From positions 496,001-560,000 of the forward strand of contig OX337229.1 in assembly GCA_946965045.2 (NCBI GenBank): a DNA stretch of 64,000 nt. Reading direction: 5' to 3'. Each line of letters begins with the position of its first letter. The first letter of the stretch is position 1. A program made the position numbers and the translations under genes. The DNA is from Epithemia pelagica (taxonomy: Eukaryota; Protista; Bacillariophyta). Shown here in pieces: positions 58,501 to 64,000 of this stretch. A model generated the notes under the pieces. That model saw nothing but the letters and a program-made list of their open reading frames with translations. It was not told the DNA's origin and ran no database searches.

Positions 58501-61500
58501 ACAAAGCAAGAAGTTGGGCACCTATCACGTAGGACGACATCGATGTAACGTACAATTTTGGGAATCAATGAAGATGACTGGAGCATCTTGCCTTTCCTGA
58601 TGAGTGCGATAATAATCGATCCTCTGGAATACTTCCCATGCATGGAAAGGCAAAATCTTGACCCTTTCAACATGGACCGAACGCAGCGATTGGACTTGAT
58701 CAATGACAACGGTAATGGAATATCTGGGAAGCAGCAATCTCATACCTAACAGCACCTGTTTTCGGTTCATCGAAGTTAGCAAAAGTGACGTTTCGGCCTG
58801 AGTCAGAATAAGTGGAACTGGTCCTGGTTTATCAAGATCACAGTAGTCAAGAGGAGGAGCACCGCCAAACTTGTAGAGGCTACCAATTGCATTAACGAAA
58901 CTCTCCATTTCAGTATCTCTCACTTGCCGGATTGGAGCGTATGCCACTGGGTGTGTCGGGTGCTGTGTAGAGTTTTGAATTCGACTCTCGTGCTGTCGAG
59001 AGGTCTGAATTTCACGTTGCGGCGATTGTCGAACGTAATTTTGAGGGGTCGTTGGAGCATGGGTCGCTGCTTCTTGTCTACGCTGTTGGTGCTCTGTCCA
59101 TTTCTTTTTCATTTCATTGATGAAGAAGATAAGAGCAGCGGAAGCCTCTGCCTCTGTTGCCAGTCTCCACGTCGGGGTTTGAGTGTGAGTGAAATCCGTA
59201 ATCAAAAACCTGCCATGGGGAGTTATGAGACCGTAGATCTTTCTAGCGAGAAGAGTGACGTTGGGGTTTTGAGAAAAGGTATGTGAAATCGACTTGAGAA
59301 TATTGCTGTAGTTGTTGTGGGGCTTCTTAGCCATTACAATGCGGTTGTGGCTATAGCGTCCCAAGAAAATATCCATTTCACTGGGGAATATTTGTGGCCC
59401 ACTTTCATTCACTGTTTCTTCGATATCGTCTGATACCAAGTCAATAACCTCTGGGCCTTCTGGGAGTCGTTGATTGCGCTGTGGAGAGGCAAATGGAAGT
59501 GGTTGATGAAGATGTTGTTGCTGTTGTTGATGCGATACCTCTCGTTGCTGTTGCCTCACAGCTACGCTCATTCTTCGTATCTTCGCCTGTAGTACACAAA
59601 CGTCTAGTCCTTGAACAGCGGAGAGCTTTAACTGGTATGCTGTTAGAGCTTCTCTGGGGGAATGCGAGACATCGGCTAAGAAAGGGAGACCCAACAGAGC
59701 GCAACCTAACGAAACCGGAGAATTGAGAACATCCACCGAGAGGCCGTTCAATTCAACAATACGGTCTCCTGCCCGTAGTCCTGATATGTACGCAGCACCA
59801 GAATCCAGAATACGCCCCACAGTAATCACATCTTGTTCACCGCATTTCCATCGATAAAGCTCCATGCCCCACCCACTGAGCTCAGGTGCCTCAATCTGTG
59901 GACGCCTTGACATTGACAGGGTAATGGTTGATTCGATATGGTTGGGGAAGGTATCAGTGAGCACAGGGCTTTTCTTCATAAAGGTATCCCTCTCGGCCTC
60001 GGTTTGAAAGTACAAATCACTGTAAGCCACAGCACAATCGTGTTTTTTGTCGATTCTAAGAGTAGCAAGAAAACACTCAGGGGTGAACTCCTTGTTCCCC
60101 CGTAAAGGAGGAACGCAACGACGAACTTTTTCAAGGACTAGATCATGCTCCTGTGTGGGGATAGGTACATGAAGAGACCCACTACGTCGGAGAAGCTCCT
60201 CAAAAACCGGATTGTGCCCATAGCATGTATCGTCAAGTACAAGAAGCTTTTCATTGGTCGAAGGACGTCGAAGACCCTCATTGTCCAAGGATTGAGTGAA
60301 GCCGGATGTCACAGGGATAAACGTACTATGGTGTTCCACGAGAGACTCCAAATGGTCTCCTTCCGATGGTTCGGTACAGTCGCTTGCTAGCCGTGTCACT
60401 TCGTTCTTGGCTGCGTCAAACAACTTGTTTGTCAATGTCATCAGATCGGCAACTTCACCGTAAGACATTTTGAGTACTCCACCAAGATCAAGGAGACCAT
60501 CTGTGCCCCATCGATCCATTGCTTCAGCACTTAGAGTCGGTTCGATCTTCCGCGGTTTGCCCAACTTGGCAAGAAAGTCAACTTGGTCCGAGTATATCAA
60601 CGGAAGTACATGATAAACATCTTCTTCGTCGTCGTTGTCGCTTTCGGTGCGGCACAAGTATCGAGGGAAATAAGAAGCCACCAATAACTCAACTGGTCTA
60701 TCGTGGTGTTCGACAATGATGTTGAATCTCTTTAAATCTGTGGCGAGTTTGGTCATCCGTTCATCACCTGGCAGAAGGAGGAGTACCTTTCCAACAAGGC
60801 TCGCTCTTTTCTCATATCTTCGTTTTGAAGCAAACAAGAGTTTTGAAGCCTCAGCTTCCGAAAATTCTTTCAGTTTGTCCTTTTGACGATGCAGCTTATT
60901 ACAAACAGAGCACCAAGAACCACTCTGAAAGCGAGTTTCTTGGACGAGACAGCGTTGACAATGATAGCCTTTGTCAAATGGAAGTGGGGCATGAAGCGCG
61001 TGAAGATAGGGCCCCTGTGTGGTCATGGTCTTGTCGGAATGGCTTGGGGATAGACACCACGCACAAAAGAGGCGAACAAAATCTGTCAAAAAGGCTTCCT
61101 TCATGGCGTCATTATCCATTCGGTCCAAAAGTCTTTGTGCACCGGAGCAGAGCAACTCAAGTGGAGATTTTTCTGCGTCTTCGGGTGCCCAAAGTAACCG
61201 TTCGGAATCTACCATGAACCCATAATACGACGACGCCTCGTTGCTGTTGGAACCATTCTGTTTGTTCAAGAAACTATCCATCATGAGGTCCAATCGGGCC
61301 AAGCTGACGCACTTGTCATGGAATGCGGTCGCAGCACTGGCTTGTTCGCGTTCTTCGAAATCTTTCCGTTCCAATAGTTCAAACCACAGGTCCCGTCCGT
61401 ACCACTGTGTGGCCAAGTATCGTACCACTGCTCGTCCACATGCCGCTTCCCAAACTGGCGAGGATTTCTCGAGGATGGGTTTCGGTTTGCAAACCTCGGT

Positions 61501-64000
61501 GCTAAAACACAACGAGTCGTGCCTGCGAAGTACGTCTCCGGCCATGCGGTGTTTTTCAATCAAACAGTTCAACAAAGCGCGACCCTGATCAAAAATGGGT
61601 TGGTTGGGCCGATTGACAGTGATGATGATTTCCGTGGCCTCGGTTCTGAAAAGATTAAAACGATGGTCTCGGTCGACATCCGCAACGATGAATTTGCTAA
61701 AAAGATGGAATATGTAGAGAGAGTGTGTCAGATACACGGAGAACAAAACATCGACGACAAGAAACAAACTCCAAACGGCAGTCGGTCTGCGCGGGCCAAC
61801 CATGAACAAAGCAAAACAAACAATACATACTGTTGTTGTGGTGGGTTCAAAGAGTGCTTCACATCCTCTCCCTCTGGTTGGAGGAACCGTACAACCTCGA
61901 CGGCGGTAATGATATCATTGTTTTGAATGCCTCCATTGGATGCGGCACAGTCGGGCTTGATGTGATGCACCATGAGTCCATCAGTGAGGTTCTTTTTGGC
62001 ACTGCCAGGTATGGAAAAGGGAATCCGGCCACCGGGAAAGCCCGTCATGTCCCAGACACGAAACTTTCCCTCCAGGAGGGATTCCATGGTTTCCTGACAC
62101 AAGCTGACATGACACAAGTTCATTCCAAATGCTTGCAAAATTGCTTTCCCGTCGGTACCCTGACAAACGGTCCGTCGGACCGTAATTTGCAATTCGGTAA
62201 ACTCGAGATTGTCCGCCATGCTCGGGTCGGCATAGTTGGGAATGACAATGGATTGGCCGGACCGGTCCTGGATTGTACCAGACGATGGAATCCGTACCGT
62301 GAACATGTCTTCCAAAGGAGAAAATGATTCAATCAAGCGTTTGGTGCGATGCGTCAGGGGTGGACCACTCTCCGACCCTTGCGATCCTTCCTCGTCGTTG
62401 CCTTTACCACCAGATGGCTTTTTGCTGCAAATGGAATGGAACCAGCCTTGACTGGACGCACATTTGTAAATTTCCATGGGCTGCTTGGCACTCGTTCGTG
62501 TGTTGGGAATGGCAAACGATCGTTGACATTTTTGACATTGGGTCATCCATGGCGGTGGAATGGAATCCAACACGCGCCGCACCCATTCTTGTCGGGTCGG
62601 TTCGACACTGTCCTTGTGACTCATCATCATCATTGTCATCCTGTGAGAATCTTCGTTGCCGTGCCACTCTGGATCCAGTGCGAGAAATTTCTCGGCAGCG
62701 GCAAGGATGCCGCCCCCTTGTTCGGTCAACTCGTCAAACCATTGAAGCGGTTGAAGCAGATATTCATGAAAATCCACCACCATGGCTTGGACAAAGTCCG
62801 GACGCTCTCCGTGGTTGGTTTGCAAAATGGCTTGGATATAGGCACTCATGATTTGTTGAAGGGCATTGTCCAAGGATCCAGTCGTCTTGTAGTGACCCAG
62901 CTGAATGAGACGGTCCACTTGCGACAAGCTCCGACCCGTGGTCCGGACCAGGGTCTTGACGAGTTTCAATATTGTCTCGACATCTGTTTCACTCCACAAG
63001 GCCTTGTTGTTCTTCTCCTCCGACTTTACTTCGTTCGACTCTGCCGCCGATGACGATGACAAGGGAAACCAATGGACACGATGGGCGGTCAAGGCTTGTT
63101 CCATGCTACTGTAAAAAATGGGTTGCAAGAATCGTTCGCAGCGTCGTGCCCAACTGCGTAAAATGGCCCGTTGGACACTCTTGATCAAGCTGGTCCGAAT
63201 CCAATCCGTCATTTCTTCTTCCTCCTCCTGCTCGGATTCGGATGGATCCGATTCGTTCCGGTACGTGATTTGATTCTTGGTCTTTTTATTGTTGTTCTTT
63301 GGGGTCTTGCGGTCGGTCTTGGTCCAATGGTATTCGGGGGGTGGTACGGGCACTTTGTGTCCGGGCGGCCCATACCGCGTGTGCAAAAACTGGTAGACGA
63401 GGGGTGCCGTGACCAAGACTTGATTGGAAATGGCCCAGTGTTGCAAGGTCATCAATCCCGACGACGAGGTAATGGATCGAGAATACAGCCACTTGTGATT
63501 GCCGCGAAACCGAGCTTGATACTCATACTCGTGGTGCGCGGTGGCGGTTGTTGCTGTTCCACTGGAAGGAAGGGGACGGTATTCAAACAATTGTATCAAG
63601 TGTCGCTTGGCTGGTAAATTCCGCAGGGATCGTAAAAAGAGTGCCACCAAATCTGGAATGGAAAATTTGCGCAGTGGACTGGACAAGAATTTGGGCAAGG
63701 GTTTCCACGACTTGTTGCTGCTGTTGCTGTGCTTGTGGTTCTTGTTGGGACGGGTGTGAGCCTGAGATCCCAAAAAGGAGGACGTGTGCACTTGAGGCAA
63801 GAGAGAAGGAGGGACTTGAACCAGGACATGAATGATGGAGGCAAAGACGGGCCAGGTATACGAATCGGGAGGCAAGGATAAACCTGGAGGAATCTCGGAA
63901 TCATCGTCATCATCGTCCTCGGATTCATGGCTCGTGTGGTCCTGGTCTTTGTTGTTGTTGGTGGTGATGGATTGGTCCGTTGCGCTTGGGCCATGGTTCT
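55540..64000 (-). CDS. Giant multidomain protein (PHD fingers, two PDZ, DUF6824-like, internal repeats); 5' end lies beyond the window; exons >64000-61831, 61696-58554, 58469-55540
   Basis: GT-AG introns at 61830-61697 and 58553-58470 join three long ORFs in frame, and the frame is open to the window end. PHD CSVCLDGGELMCCELCFNTAHQAC; PDZ GRILDSGAAYISGLRAGDRIVELNG and HHIKPDCAASNGGIQNNDIITAV. Confidence 0.8.
56850..57897 (-). repeat. Coding tandem repeat, 177-bp (59-aa) unit x6
   Basis: The motif cgaca recurs at 57006, 57183, 57360, 57537, 57714 and 57891. Unit: VVDTHT.NDNTVDT.KST...MESSTITMPVDQQPHIHEQL. Confidence 0.95.

Overview
Eukaryotic, gene-dense nuclear DNA with short GT-AG introns and bipartite plastid-targeting signals (AFAP/AFVP/AWIP), most consistent with a pennate diatom (inference). 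The flanks (1-17 kb and 45-64 kb) hold ordinary single-copy genes: an ankyrin protein, ETF-ubiquinone oxidoreductase, a SAP+HAT/TPR protein, NF-YA, an SGNH-like protein, a Nudix hydrolase, S1/P1 nuclease, a DENN-ENTH protein, LETM1 and a >2700-aa PHD/PDZ protein running off the right end. The middle (17.2-45 kb) is a duplication hotspot. It holds one intact plastid VIPP1/PspA (ESCRT-III-like) gene, three intact ORFs encoding a tandem double-VIPP1-derived protein, three VIPP1 3' fragments and broken fragments of unrelated genes (GT32, Kelch, NCKX, DUF2439 protein). It also holds a 922-bp non-autonomous hAT element and a recent 10.4-kb Ty1/copia element. The copia element's LTRs end in 5'-AG...CT-3' instead of TG...CA; the boundaries are fixed by the TSD, PBS, PPT and an empty-site paralog in the window. 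Its polyprotein carries a ~1100-aa insert with hydrophobic segments between Gag and protease. All domain calls come from motif recognition by eye; no database searches were run.
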